From NCBI GenBank assembly GCA_963846545.1, contig CAWJWG010000001.1, positions 2,442,055-2,506,054 on the forward strand: a stretch of DNA of 64,000 nt, read 5' to 3'. The notes below the pieces were generated by a model. The model made no database searches. It was not told the origin of the DNA and saw nothing but the letters and a program-made list of their open reading frames with translations. Origin of the DNA: an uncultured Gemmatimonadales bacterium (GTDB taxonomy: Bacteria; Gemmatimonadota; Gemmatimonadetes; Gemmatimonadales; GWC2-71-9). Below, piece after piece: positions 37,181 through 48,688 of this stretch (its first letter is position 1; every line of letters begins with the position of its first letter). A program made the translations under genes and the position numbers.

Positions 37181-38209
37181 GTGACCTTCCGCCCGGGTGC
37201 CGGGGATAACATCACCCACATGTCTACCGCCCTCGCAGAGGAGCCCACCCGGCCGGCGGCGATCGAGCCGCCCTCGCTGGAGCAGGCGAGCTACGGCGAC
37301 CGGGTGTTTCGCGGGCTGCTCACGGTGGGTGCGCTCACCATTCCCGTGCTGCTCGGCTTCCTGGTGTTCGAGCTCTACATGGGCTCCCGCCTGGCGATCG
37401 CCAAGTTCGGCCTGACGTTCGTCACCTCCAGCCGGTGGGACCCGGTCGCCGAGGAGTTCGGCGCCTTTCCCCTGGTGTTCGGCACCCTGGTCTCCTCGCT
37501 GGTGGCGCTGGCCATCGCGGTGCCGCTCTCGCTCGGCGTCGCGATCTACCTGACCGAGTTCGCGCCCAAGCGCATCCGCCAGCCGGTCGCCTTTCTCATC
37601 GGACTGCTGGCCGCAATTCCGAGCGTGGTGTACGGCCTCTGGGGCATCTTCGTCCTGGTCCCCATCCTCAGGACCAGCGTCTTCCCCCTGCTGCGCGACG
37701 TGTTCGGCTTCCTTCCCTTCTTTCAGGGTCCGATCTACGGCCCGTCCATGCTGTCCGCCGGCATCATCCTGGCCATCATGGTGATGCCGTACATCATGTC
37801 GGTGTCGCGCGAGGTCCTGATGGCCGTGCCCGACACCCAGCGGGAGGCCTCGCTCGCTCTCGGCGCCACCCGATGGGAAGCGGTGATCACCGCGGTGCTG
37901 CCGTACGCCCGGTCGGGAATCGTCGGCGCGGTCATCCTCGGCCTCGGCCGGGCGCTCGGGGAGACGATGGCGGTGACGATGCTGATCGGCAACCGGCACG
38001 AGGTCGCGGCGTCGCTCTTCGCGCCGAGCTACACCATGGCGGCCGCCATCGCCAACGAGTTTTCCGAGGCGGTGGGCGACATGCACCTGTCGGCCCTCGC
38101 CTACGTCGCATTCCTCCTCTTCATCGTGACGGTCCTGGTGAATGCGGGTGCCCGACTCCTGATCTGGCGGGTGGCGCGCGGCTCCGGCGTGGGGAGCAAG
38201 GCGCTGTGA
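37181..38209 (+). CDS. pstC: phosphate ABC transporter permease PstC
   Basis: Polytopic. EAA-like loop REASLALGATRWE. The start may instead be ATG 37220. Confidence 0.9.
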   Translation: MTFRPGAGDNITHMSTALAEEPTRPAAIEPPSLEQASYGDRVFRGLLTVGALTIPVLLGFLVFELYMGSRLAIAKFGLTFVTSSRWDPVAEEFGAFPLVFGTLVSSLVALAIAVPLSLGVAIYLTEFAPKRIRQPVAFLIGLLAAIPSVVYGLWGIFVLVPILRTSVFPLLRDVFGFLPFFQGPIYGPSMLSAGIILAIMVMPYIMSVSREVLMAVPDTQREASLALGATRWEAVITAVLPYARSGIVGAVILGLGRALGETMAVTMLIGNRHEVAASLFAPSYTMAAAIANEFSEAVGDMHLSALAYVAFLLFIVTVLVNAGARLLIWRVARGSGVGSKAL

Positions 38210-38219
38210 GCCGGAGGCC

Positions 38220-39074
38220 ATGCGCGCCATGAACCGCCGTACGCTCCGCCGGGCCACCAGCAACGCCATGGTGGGACTGATGGTGGGGGCCGTCGTCGTC
38301 GCCCTGCTGCCGCTCTTCTTCATCCTGGGCGACCTGATCGTGAAGGGCGCCAGCAGCCTCTCGCTCGACTTCTTCACCAGGATGCCCGCCCCAGCGGGTG
38401 AGACCGGCGGCGGCGTGGCGCACGCCATCGTCGGCACGCTCGTCATCGTGGGCATGGCCAGCCTGATCGGGCTGCCCATCGGCATCGCGGCCGGCATCTA
38501 TTGCGCCGAGTATCCCGGCAGCCGGCTGACCTGGGTCACCCGCTTCGTCGCGGACGTGATGAACGGGACGCCGTCCATCGTCGTCGGCGTCTTCGCCTGG
38601 GCCTGGATCGTGGCGACGCAGAAGCATTTCTCGGCCCTGGCCGGGAGCGCGGCGCTCGCCATGCTGATGATCCCGATGGTCCTGCGCACGACCGAGGAAA
38701 TGATCAAGCTGGTGCCCAACTCGCTCCGGGAGGCGGCCCTGGCACTCGGCTACCCGCGGTGGCGCACCAGCCTCTCGATCGTGGTGCGCACCACGCTGCC
38801 CGGCATCGTGACCGGCAGCCTGCTCGCCGTGGCCCGGATCGCGGGCGAGACCGCCCCGCTTCTCTTCACCGCGCTCGGCAGCCAGTACATGAGCCTGGAC
38901 GTCGACCAGCCCATGGCCGCGCTCCCGCTGACCGTCTTCACCTATGCCACCGGCCCCTACGAGGAGTGGCATCGGTACGCCTGGGCCGCGGCGCTGGTCC
39001 TGATCCTGGTCGTGTTCGTGCTGAGCCTCGGCGCGCGACTCGCGATCGGCCGGAGGTTCACACTCAATGGTTGA
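38220..39074 (+). CDS. pstA: phosphate ABC transporter permease PstA
   Basis: Polytopic. [13 protein letters not shown] loop. Follows pstC. Confidence 0.9.
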   Translation: MRAMNRRTLRRATSNAMVGLMVGAVVVALLPLFFILGDLIVKGASSLSLDFFTRMPAPAGETGGGVAHAIVGTLVIVGMASLIGLPIGIAAGIYCAEYPGSRLTWVTRFVADVMNGTPSIVVGVFAWAWIVATQKHFSALAGSAALAMLMIPMVLRTTEEMIKLVPNSLREAALALGYPRWRTSLSIVVRTTLPGIVTGSLLAVARIAGETAPLLFTALGSQYMSLDVDQPMAALPLTVFTYATGPYEEWHRYAWAAALVLILVVFVLSLGARLAIGRRFTLNG

Positions 39075-39882
39075 CGCCTTGCTCCGCACCGCGCCGCCGC
39101 CCCCGTCCGCGGCGTCGGCACCGACCGCCGTCCGGGTCGAGACCGACAAGCTCACGGCGATGTACGGCAAGTTCACGGCGGTGAAGAGCGTGTCGCTCGC
39201 CTTCTCGGCCTATCGCGTCCATGCCCTGATCGGGCCATCGGGCTGCGGAAAGTCCACCTTCCTGCGCACACTGAATCGGATGCACGAGCTGGTGGAAGGC
39301 GGGTGGATCACGGGGAGGGTGCTGCTCGACCGCGAGGACATCTACGCGCCGCGGGTGAACGCCATGCGGCTCCGGCGCCGGATCGGTATGGTCTTCCAGC
39401 GGCCCACCCCGTTTCCGACGATGTCCATCTACGACAACGTGGCGGCGGGACTGCGGGTGCACGGCCGCGTGCCGCGCGCGGACCTGGACGCCATCGTCGA
39501 ACGCTCGCTCCGCCAGGCCGCCCTCTGGGACGAGGTGAAGGACCGGCTGCATGCCAGCGCCATGGCGCTCTCGGGCGGACAGCAGCAGCGGCTCTGCATC
39601 GCCCGGACCGTCGCGCCCACGCCGGACGTCATCCTGCTCGACGAGCCGACGGCCTCGCTCGATCCGCAGGGCACGCAGCGGATCGAGGAGCTGCTCTTCG
39701 AGCTCAAGCATTCGTTCACCATCATCATCGTGACCCACAACATGCAGCAGGCGGCCCGGGTGTCGGACACCACGACGTTTTTCTATCTCGGCACCATGGT
39801 GGAGACCGGCCCCACGCGGCAGATTTTCACCGCGCCCCGGAACGAGCAGACCGAAGCGTACATCACCGGGAGATTCGGATGA
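39067..39882 (+). CDS. pstB: phosphate ABC transporter ATP-binding protein PstB (copy 1)
   Basis: [54 protein letters not shown], and a [10 protein letters not shown] terminus. Confidence 0.9.
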   Translation: MVDALLRTAPPPPSAASAPTAVRVETDKLTAMYGKFTAVKSVSLAFSAYRVHALIGPSGCGKSTFLRTLNRMHELVEGGWITGRVLLDREDIYAPRVNAMRLRRRIGMVFQRPTPFPTMSIYDNVAAGLRVHGRVPRADLDAIVERSLRQAALWDEVKDRLHASAMALSGGQQQRLCIARTVAPTPDVILLDEPTASLDPQGTQRIEELLFELKHSFTIIIVTHNMQQAARVSDTTTFFYLGTMVETGPTRQIFTAPRNEQTEAYITGRFG

Positions 39883-40727
39883 GCGCCATCATGAAGCCCA
39901 AGCCCGCATTCGTGCCCACGCCGCGGGCGACCCTGGCGCCCCGACCCCCCGCCCCCGAGCCGGCGGAGCGGGGCACGCCCGCGGTGGATGTGCGCGGCTT
40001 CAGCTTCTTCTACGGGCCACGGCAGGTGCTGCGCGATCTCGAGTTCCGCATCGACCGCAAGGCGGTCACCGCGATCATCGGGCCGTCGGGCTGCGGCAAG
40101 TCCACGTTTCTCCGGTCGATCAACCGCCTCAACGACCTCATCACCGCCACCCGCCACCAGGGCGACATCCTGGTGGAGAGCCGGTCGGTCTACGGTCACG
40201 GCACCGACCTGGTGGCGCTGCGGCAGCGCGTGGGCATGGTGTTCCAGCGGCCCAACCCCTTTCCCAAGTCGGTGTTCGACAACGTCGCCTACGGCCCCTC
40301 GCTCAACCGGTTGGTCACCCGGCGCGACCTGCCCGATCTGGTCGAGCGGTGTCTCCGGCAGGCGGCGCTGTGGGAGGAGGTCAAGGACCGGCTGGATGAG
40401 CCGGCGACGGGACTGTCAGGGGGACAGCAGCAGCGGCTCTGCATCGCCCGTGCGCTCGGGAACCAGCCCGATGTGTTGCTGATGGACGAGCCCTGCTCGG
40501 CCCTCGATCCCATCGCGACCCAGCGCGTCGAGGAGCTGATCTTCGAGCTCAAGCGCGACTACACCATCGTGATCGTGACCCACAACATGCAGCAGGCGGC
40601 GCGCGTGTCCGACTACACCGGCTTCTTCGATCGCGGCCAGCTCGTCGAGTTCGGCGAGACCGAGCGCATCTTCACCAGCCCGGCGCACGAGCGGACCGAG
40701 GCCTACATCACCGGGAGGTTCGGATGA
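39879..40727 (+). CDS. pstB: phosphate ABC transporter ATP-binding protein PstB (copy 2)
   Basis: ATGA overlap with copy 1. [64 protein letters not shown]. Confidence 0.9.
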   Translation: MSAIMKPKPAFVPTPRATLAPRPPAPEPAERGTPAVDVRGFSFFYGPRQVLRDLEFRIDRKAVTAIIGPSGCGKSTFLRSINRLNDLITATRHQGDILVESRSVYGHGTDLVALRQRVGMVFQRPNPFPKSVFDNVAYGPSLNRLVTRRDLPDLVERCLRQAALWEEVKDRLDEPATGLSGGQQQRLCIARALGNQPDVLLMDEPCSALDPIATQRVEELIFELKRDYTIVIVTHNMQQAARVSDYTGFFDRGQLVEFGETERIFTSPAHERTEAYITGRFG

Positions 40728-41419
40728 GCCTCGATGTCCAACGGCATTTCCACGACGAGCTGAGCCACGTGAAGGTCCGTCTCCTCACCATGTCGGGTGA
40801 GGCGGAAGCGGCGCTGAGCCTGGCCGTGGAGGCCCTGCTCGAGCGCGACACCGAGAAGGCGCACCGCGTCATCAAGGGCGACCGGGTGATCGACAGCATG
40901 GAGGTCGAGATCGAGGAGCAGTGCATCAACCTCCTCGCGCTCCAGCAGCCCATGGCCCGCGACCTCCGGATGCTCACCTCCGCGCTCAAGATCGCGAACG
41001 ACCTGGAGCGGGTGGGCGATCACGCCGTCAACATCGCCCAGTCCGCCGAGCGGCTGAACCAGAGCCGGCCCATCGCGCCCGAGCCCGAGATCGTGGAGAT
41101 GGCCCGGCTCGCCCGCGACATGCTGTCCGACGCCCTCGAGGCCTTCATCCGAGGCGACGCCGCGGCCGGACGCGAGGTCTGCCTCCGCGACGACAAGGTT
41201 GACCAGCTTCACGATTCGGTGTTCCGTATATTGCTCACGCACATGATGGAAGACCCGCACATGATCGGTGCGGGCATGGAGCTCTTCCTGGTGAGCCGGA
41301 ACCTGGAGCGGGTAGCCGATCTCGCCACCAACATCGGCGAGGACGTCGTCTTCCTGGTGGAGGGAAAATCCATCAAACATCACGCCGAAGATCGGGGCGA
41401 GGCGAAAGCCACGGCATGA
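40724..41419 (+). CDS. phoU: phosphate signalling complex protein PhoU
   Basis: ATGA overlap with pstB. Two PhoU repeats ([19 protein letters not shown] and [19 protein letters not shown]). Confidence 0.9.
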   Translation: MSLDVQRHFHDELSHVKVRLLTMSGEAEAALSLAVEALLERDTEKAHRVIKGDRVIDSMEVEIEEQCINLLALQQPMARDLRMLTSALKIANDLERVGDHAVNIAQSAERLNQSRPIAPEPEIVEMARLARDMLSDALEAFIRGDAAAGREVCLRDDKVDQLHDSVFRILLTHMMEDPHMIGAGMELFLVSRNLERVADLATNIGEDVVFLVEGKSIKHHAEDRGEAKATA

Positions 41420-42966
41420 CCGAGAGCGGCAACGGCGTCGAGCGCGAGCGGATCGCTGCGATCGACGTCGGCTCCAACTCGGTCCGACTCCTGGTCGCCG
41501 AGTACGACCCCGCCTCCGGCCTCGCCATCATCGATGAATTGAAGGACCAGCCGCGACTCGCCGCGGGACTGGCCCGCACCGGGTGCCTCAACGACGCGGC
41601 GATGGACCGCGCCGTTCTGGCCCTCGGCCGCATGCGCGAGGTCTGCCAGCGGCGCGGCGTCCGGCGGATCGCGGCGGTGGCCACCGCGGCGGTGCGCGAG
41701 GCGGAGAACGGCCCGTGGTTCGTGCGGCGGGTGCGCCAGGAGCTGGACATCCCGCTCCGGATCATCGACGCCGAGACCGAGGCCGCGCTTTCGTATCGGT
41801 CCGTGGCCCATCACTTCCCGCTCGCGGGCGAGCGCGCGCTCGTGGCCGACATCGGCGGCGGCAGCCTGGAGCTGATCGGCGCGGTGGACGGCCTGGTCGA
41901 GCTCACCCTCTCGCTTCCCCTCGGAGCGGTCCGGCTCACCGAGCTGCATCTCCCCGGCGAGCGCATCCAGCGCGAGCTCACGGCACTCCGGAAGCACATC
42001 CGCAAGCATTTCAAGCGTGAGATCTCCAGCCGCGAATGGGCGGCCGCCGCCGTCATCGGCAGCGGTGGCACGTTCACCACGCTCGGCCGGATCAGCCAGG
42101 CGCGCCGGGGAGTGCCTGCCGGCGACACCGTGCACGGCGTCTCCGTCGAGACGGCCGAAGTGGAGCGCCTGCTCGACTGGCTGGCCAGCCGGACCACCGA
42201 GCAGCGGAAGCAGGTGCCGGGCCTCAATCCCGAGAGGGCCGACATCATCCTCGCCGGCCTGGCCGTGACCGCTGAGCTGCTCGACTGGGCGCGCTCGCGC
42301 AGCATCACGGTGAGCGCCTTCGGGCTCCGCGAAGGCCTCCTGCTGGAGATGGCGGGTGCCGAAGAGCCGGTGGTGCGCGATCCGCTGCGGCTCTTCCGCG
42401 AGTTCGTGGAGCGGTGTCAGTGCGACCGGCGCCACGTGGAGCAGGTGCGCCGCCTCTCGCTGCAGCTGTTCGATCAGCTGGGGGAGACCCTCGGCTGCGG
42501 GCCGGAGGAGCAGCTCCTGCTGGAGGCGGCCGGCCTGCTACACGACGTCGGACAGCTCGTGAGCTACCGGAAGCACCACAAGCACAGCTACAGCCTCATC
42601 ACCCATGCGGAGCGGCTTGGTCTCGCCCCGCGCGAGCGCGGTCTCGTCGCCCTCATCAGCCGGTACCACCGGCAGACCGGGCCCCGGAAGAAACACCCCG
42701 AGCTTGCCGCGCTGCCGCCCGGGGATCAGGCCATCGTCCGCCGTCTCAGCGGAATACTCCGAGTCGCGGACGGTCTCGATCGCGGGCACTCAGCGGCCGT
42801 GGACACCGTGACCGCGAAGCTCGGGCCCGAGGCGCTGGTGCTCAAGGTGAAGCCGGCCAACGCGCAGGCGGATCTGGGATTGGAATGTTGGGGAGCGTCA
42901 CGGAAGGCGGACGTGCTGGCCAAGCTGTTGCAACGCGACATCGTGATCAGGCCGGCAGGGCACTGA
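41416..42966 (+). CDS. ppx: exopolyphosphatase / guanosine pentaphosphate phosphohydrolase (Ppx/GppA family)
   Basis: ATGA overlap with phoU. AAIDVGSNSVRLLV, VADIGGGSLEL, and a C-terminal HD-type region LLHDVG...HHKHS. Confidence 0.9.
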   Translation: MTESGNGVERERIAAIDVGSNSVRLLVAEYDPASGLAIIDELKDQPRLAAGLARTGCLNDAAMDRAVLALGRMREVCQRRGVRRIAAVATAAVREAENGPWFVRRVRQELDIPLRIIDAETEAALSYRSVAHHFPLAGERALVADIGGGSLELIGAVDGLVELTLSLPLGAVRLTELHLPGERIQRELTALRKHIRKHFKREISSREWAAAAVIGSGGTFTTLGRISQARRGVPAGDTVHGVSVETAEVERLLDWLASRTTEQRKQVPGLNPERADIILAGLAVTAELLDWARSRSITVSAFGLREGLLLEMAGAEEPVVRDPLRLFREFVERCQCDRRHVEQVRRLSLQLFDQLGETLGCGPEEQLLLEAAGLLHDVGQLVSYRKHHKHSYSLITHAERLGLAPRERGLVALISRYHRQTGPRKKHPELAALPPGDQAIVRRLSGILRVADGLDRGHSAAVDTVTAKLGPEALVLKVKPANAQADLGLECWGASRKADVLAKLLQRDIVIRPAGH

Positions 42967-42999
42967 TCCGGGGATGGCTCACCCCAGAGCCTGCTCTCG

Positions 43000-43767
43000 C
43001 TATTGCTCCCGGTGCATGAAGCCGTGCTCCATCGTCCGAGACAAGGCGCGATGCTTGGCCACCAGGTCGTTGTCCTTGAACACGAACACGAGGAGCACGC
43101 CGGCGAGGAACCCGCCCGCGTGAGCCCAGAACGCCACCCCACCGGTCTCATCCCCCAGAGTCGGGAGCCCGCCCAACAGCTGGAGCAGGAACCAGTAGCC
43201 CAGCATCAGGAACGCCGGAACGGCGATCCGGGTGATGAAAAAGCCGAGCACCACCAGCATGTGCACCTTCACGCGGGGGTACAGGACGACGTACGCCCCC
43301 ATCACGCCGCTGATCGCCCCGGATGCGCCGACCATCGGAATCGCGCTGTTCGGGTTCACCACCGTCTGCGCCGCGGCGGCCGCCACACCGGAGAGCAGGT
43401 AGAAGACCAGGTAACGGACGTGCCCCATCGAGTCCTCGACGTTGTTCCCGAAGAGCCAGAGAAACCACATGTTGCCGATCAGGTGGAGCCAGCCCCCGTG
43501 CAGGAACATGGATGTGATCGGGGTGTAGAGGCTCTGCTCTCCATCCATCACGCAGGCCATCGTATCGCTCATGGGGAACGACGCCCCGGGTCGGAGTCTC
43601 CCCAGGAAATCGCCCGGTATGAGTCCGAGCTCGCAGACGGATTTGGACAGGAGGGGCTCGCTGCCCATCCCCTGGATCAGCAGCCAGGCGGCGACGTTCA
43701 CGCCGATCAGCGCGATCGTGACGAACGGGGTTCCTAGAGTCGGATTGTCGTCGCGGTAGGGGAACAT
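43000..43767 (-). CDS. rhomboid-family intramembrane serine protease
   Basis: HGGWLHLIGNMWFLWLFG, catalytic GASGAISGVMGAY, and a downstream AH.GGF segment. Confidence 0.85.
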   Translation of the reverse strand: MFPYRDDNPTLGTPFVTIALIGVNVAAWLLIQGMGSEPLLSKSVCELGLIPGDFLGRLRPGASFPMSDTMACVMDGEQSLYTPITSMFLHGGWLHLIGNMWFLWLFGNNVEDSMGHVRYLVFYLLSGVAAAAAQTVVNPNSAIPMVGASGAISGVMGAYVVLYPRVKVHMLVVLGFFITRIAVPAFLMLGYWFLLQLLGGLPTLGDETGGVAFWAHAGGFLAGVLLVFVFKDNDLVAKHRALSRTMEHGFMHREQ

Positions 43768-43841
43768 GGATCAATAGTAGCGTGGCGGCGGAGGCATTGC
43801 CCCACACCGCCACCAGTCGTTCCACGGCGCCTGCCGTCTTG

Positions 43842-43991
43842 TTACAGCGCTCGTCTTCCCTGAATCAGCTGCATCACCGCCAGGATGACCGCCACCACCA
43901 GCAGGACGTGAATGAACCCGCCCAGCGTATAGGACGACACCACTCCCAGCAGCCACAGGACCAGCAGAACCACGAAGATCGTCCACAGCAT
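43842..43991 (-). CDS. small two-helix membrane protein (lmo0937-like family, from memory)
   Basis: MLWTIFVVLLVLWLLGVVSSYTLGGFIHVLLVVAVILAVMQLIQGRR. The ORF could extend to 44027. Confidence 0.55.
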   Translation of the reverse strand: MLWTIFVVLLVLWLLGVVSSYTLGGFIHVLLVVAVILAVMQLIQGRRAL

Positions 43992-44154
43992 GGTCGTCTC
44001 CTTGAAGTCGATGTCCGGTGTGCTCATCCCGGGGGGCCGTCTGGCGGCGCCTATCCCCGGGAACAGTCCAACGATAGCGATTGCCGCCGTTCCCGGTCGT
44101 GAGGCCAGTCACCAGATGATTGTCGCCTGGGAATCGCTGCCACAATGGCAGTAA

Positions 44155-46173
<2,019 letters not shown>

Positions 46174-46189
46174 GCGGACGGACGGACGG

Positions 46190-46240
46190 ACAGGCGGACG
46201 GCTCAGTCGATCAGACTGGTGCCGTCCGCCTGTTTTTCTT
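46190..46240 (+). terminator. rho-independent terminator after dnaK
   Basis: 13-bp perfect stem, ACAGGCGGACGGC (46190-46202) with GCCGTCCGCCTGT (46221-46233), followed by TTTTTCTTTCC. Confidence 0.7.
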
Positions 46241-46275
46241 TCCGTGTGTCCCCCGTCCGTCTGTCCGCCGCCCGC

Positions 46276-48654
46276 CTATTCCCCGTAAGGGATCCAGATG
46301 TTCTTCACCTGGGTGGCGTGCTCCAGGAACTCATCGCCCTCGCCCTGGCGGGTGTCGGTCCAGTCGCGCCCGTGGCCGTAGCTCACCCAGGTGCGCTTCA
46401 TGTTGCCCGCCGAGAGCCGTTCGACTTCCGCCGAACCCTGCGCGTCACCGAAGTACCAGAGCCCGTCCAGGTCGTCGTGCGCGGCCAGCACCGGAGTGAG
46501 CTCCTCGCGCGTCCCGGTGAGAATGTTGACCACGCCGGCGGGCACGTCGGAGGTGTCGAGAACCTGATAGAAGTCCGTCGCGGCGAGCGGCGCCGCAGCC
46601 GAGGGGACCGCCACGACCACATTGCCCAGCGCGATCGCCGGCAGCACGGTGGACACGAGGCCGAGCAGTGGACAGGCGTCAGGGCAGACGACTCCGATCA
46701 CGCCGATCGGCTCTGGCATCGCGAGCGTCACGTTGCGGTACGGGGTGTGGTGTACCAGGCCGTCGTACTTGTCGGCCCATGCGGCCCAGGTGTAGATGCG
46801 CTCGACGGCGAGCTCGACTTCCCGCTCGCTCGAGCGGGCGGCCAGCTCCTCCGCCCGGGCGGCGAGGTTTTCGGCGAGATAGTAGAGCACCTGCGCTCTC
46901 CCGTGTGCCGTCGTGCGCGCCCACGGCACGGCAGCCTTGTGCGCCGCTTCCACCGCGTTCCGGACGTCCTTCCGGTTCGCATGGCCCACTTCGCCGATGC
47001 GGTGTCCGCTCCCATCGAGCACCGGCAGGCTGTAGCCCGAATCGGGCCGCACCTGCTTCCCGCCGATGTAGAGCTTGGGTGTGCGGTCGATCGGCGGGAG
47101 AGTCTGCACGGCCCGCCGGGATCCGGAGGCGCGGCTCGGTGAGCCGCGCTTCGTCGCCGCGGTCTTCTTTGCTCCCCGCCGCGTCGACTTGGCCAGGCCG
47201 CGCGACGCCGGCTCTTCCCACGCCCAGCGCACGTACTCTCGAAGCCCTTCACGTCCGCCTTCTCGACCGAAGCCGCTCTCGCGGTATCCGCCGAAGCCGC
47301 TGGCCGCGTCGAACACGTTGGTGCAGTTGATCCAGACGGTCCCCGCCTGAAGCTGGGGGGCGACGTCGAGCGCGAGATTGATGTTCTCGGTCCAGAGGCT
47401 CGCCGCGAGTCCGTAGCGGGTGTTGTTGGCCAGCTCGACCGCCTCGACCGGGGTGCGGAACGTCATCAGGACCACCACCGGGCCGAAGATCTCGACCTGC
47501 GCGATCGTCGCCGCCGGCGAGACCTCGGTGAAGAGCGTCGGCGGGTAGAACCACCCGTCGCGCGGGACAGGTCCACGAGGGCTGCCAGAGCGTGGCGCCC
47601 TCCTCCTGTCCGCGCCGCACCAGTCCCTCGATCCGCTCGAGCTGCACCGGTGCGACGATGGCCCCCATGTCCACCGCCTTGTCGAGCGGGTCGCCGACGC
47701 GGAGCGTCTCCATCCGCGCGCTTCAGCTTGGCGACGAGCCGGTCGGCCACGCCCTCCTGCACCAGAATTCGCGAGCCCGCGCAGCAGACCTGCCCCTGGT
47801 TGAACCAGATCGCGTCCACCACGCCCTCGACCACGCTGTCGAGGTCGGCGTCGTCGAAGACCAGGAACGGCGACTTGCCGCCCAGCTCGAGCGAGAGCTT
47901 CTTGCCGCTGCCCGCCGTGGCCGCGCGGATGAGCCGGCCCACTTCGGTCGAGCCGGTGAAGGCGATCTTGTCCACGCCCGGGATGGGCGACGAGCGCTTC
48001 GCCCGCGCGTCCGTCACCGGTGAGGATGTTGACGACCCCGGGCGGCAGTCCCGCTTCGGCGCACAACTCGGCGAAGCGGAGCGCGGTCAACGAGGTGAAC
48101 TCCGCCGGCTTGAGCACCACCGTGTTCCCCATCGCCAGCGCGGGCGCGATCTTCCAGGCGAGCATGAGCAGGGGGAAGTTCCAGGGGATGATCTGCCCGA
48201 CGACACCGACGGGCACCCGATCGGGGAGCTCTCGGTCCATGAGCTGCGCCCAGCCGGCGTGGTGGTAGAAGTGCCGCGCGACGAGTGGTATGTCGATGTC
48301 GCGCGACTCGCGGATCGGCTTGCCGTTGTCGAGCGACTCCAGCACCGCGAAGAAGCGGCTCTGCTTCTGGATATGCCGGGCGAGGGCGTAGAGGTGGCGC
48401 GCGCGTCCATGCCCCCCGAGGTCCCACCACCCTGGCTGCGCCGCGCGCGCGGCACGCACCGCCCGGTCTACGTCGTCGGGACTCGCTTGCGCGAGGCGGG
48501 CCAGCGACCGGCCCGTCGCCGGGTTCGCCGTCTCGAAGGTCTCACCGTCGCCCGCTGACCACGTCCCGCCGATGAAGAGCCCGAAGCGCCGGTCATGCGC
48601 GTCGAGCCATGCGTGCGCCGGCGCCACCGCTTCCGGCGCCGGGCCGTAGGTCAT
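46276..48654 (-). pseudogene. aldehyde dehydrogenase fused to a C-terminal truncated ALDH-like domain; reading frame broken three times (possible sequencing errors)
   Basis: ALDH motifs are split over three frames: IIPWNFPLLM (frame of 48654), VDKIAFTGSTEVG, LELGGKSP and NQGQVCCAGSR (frame of 48017), METLRVGDPLD (frame of 47713), then back to GWFYPPTLF...EIFGPV...GGYRESGFGREGG. This is followed by a second KLYIGGK...-type ALDH N-terminal/NAD-domain-like region. Confidence 0.8.
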
Positions 48655-48688
48655 CGTCTCGAAGATCTCGGCGAATGGACGCCATCCC

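Noticed and set aside
46174-46200. GGAC tetranucleotide run, and the MMKDSS 18-nt repeats at 60627-60680, as possible CRISPR or mobile-element remnants.
   Set aside because: The repeats are contiguous with no spacers and far shorter than CRISPR repeats. One is part of a terminator structure and the other is in-frame coding. No cas, transposase or integrase genes occur anywhere in the window.
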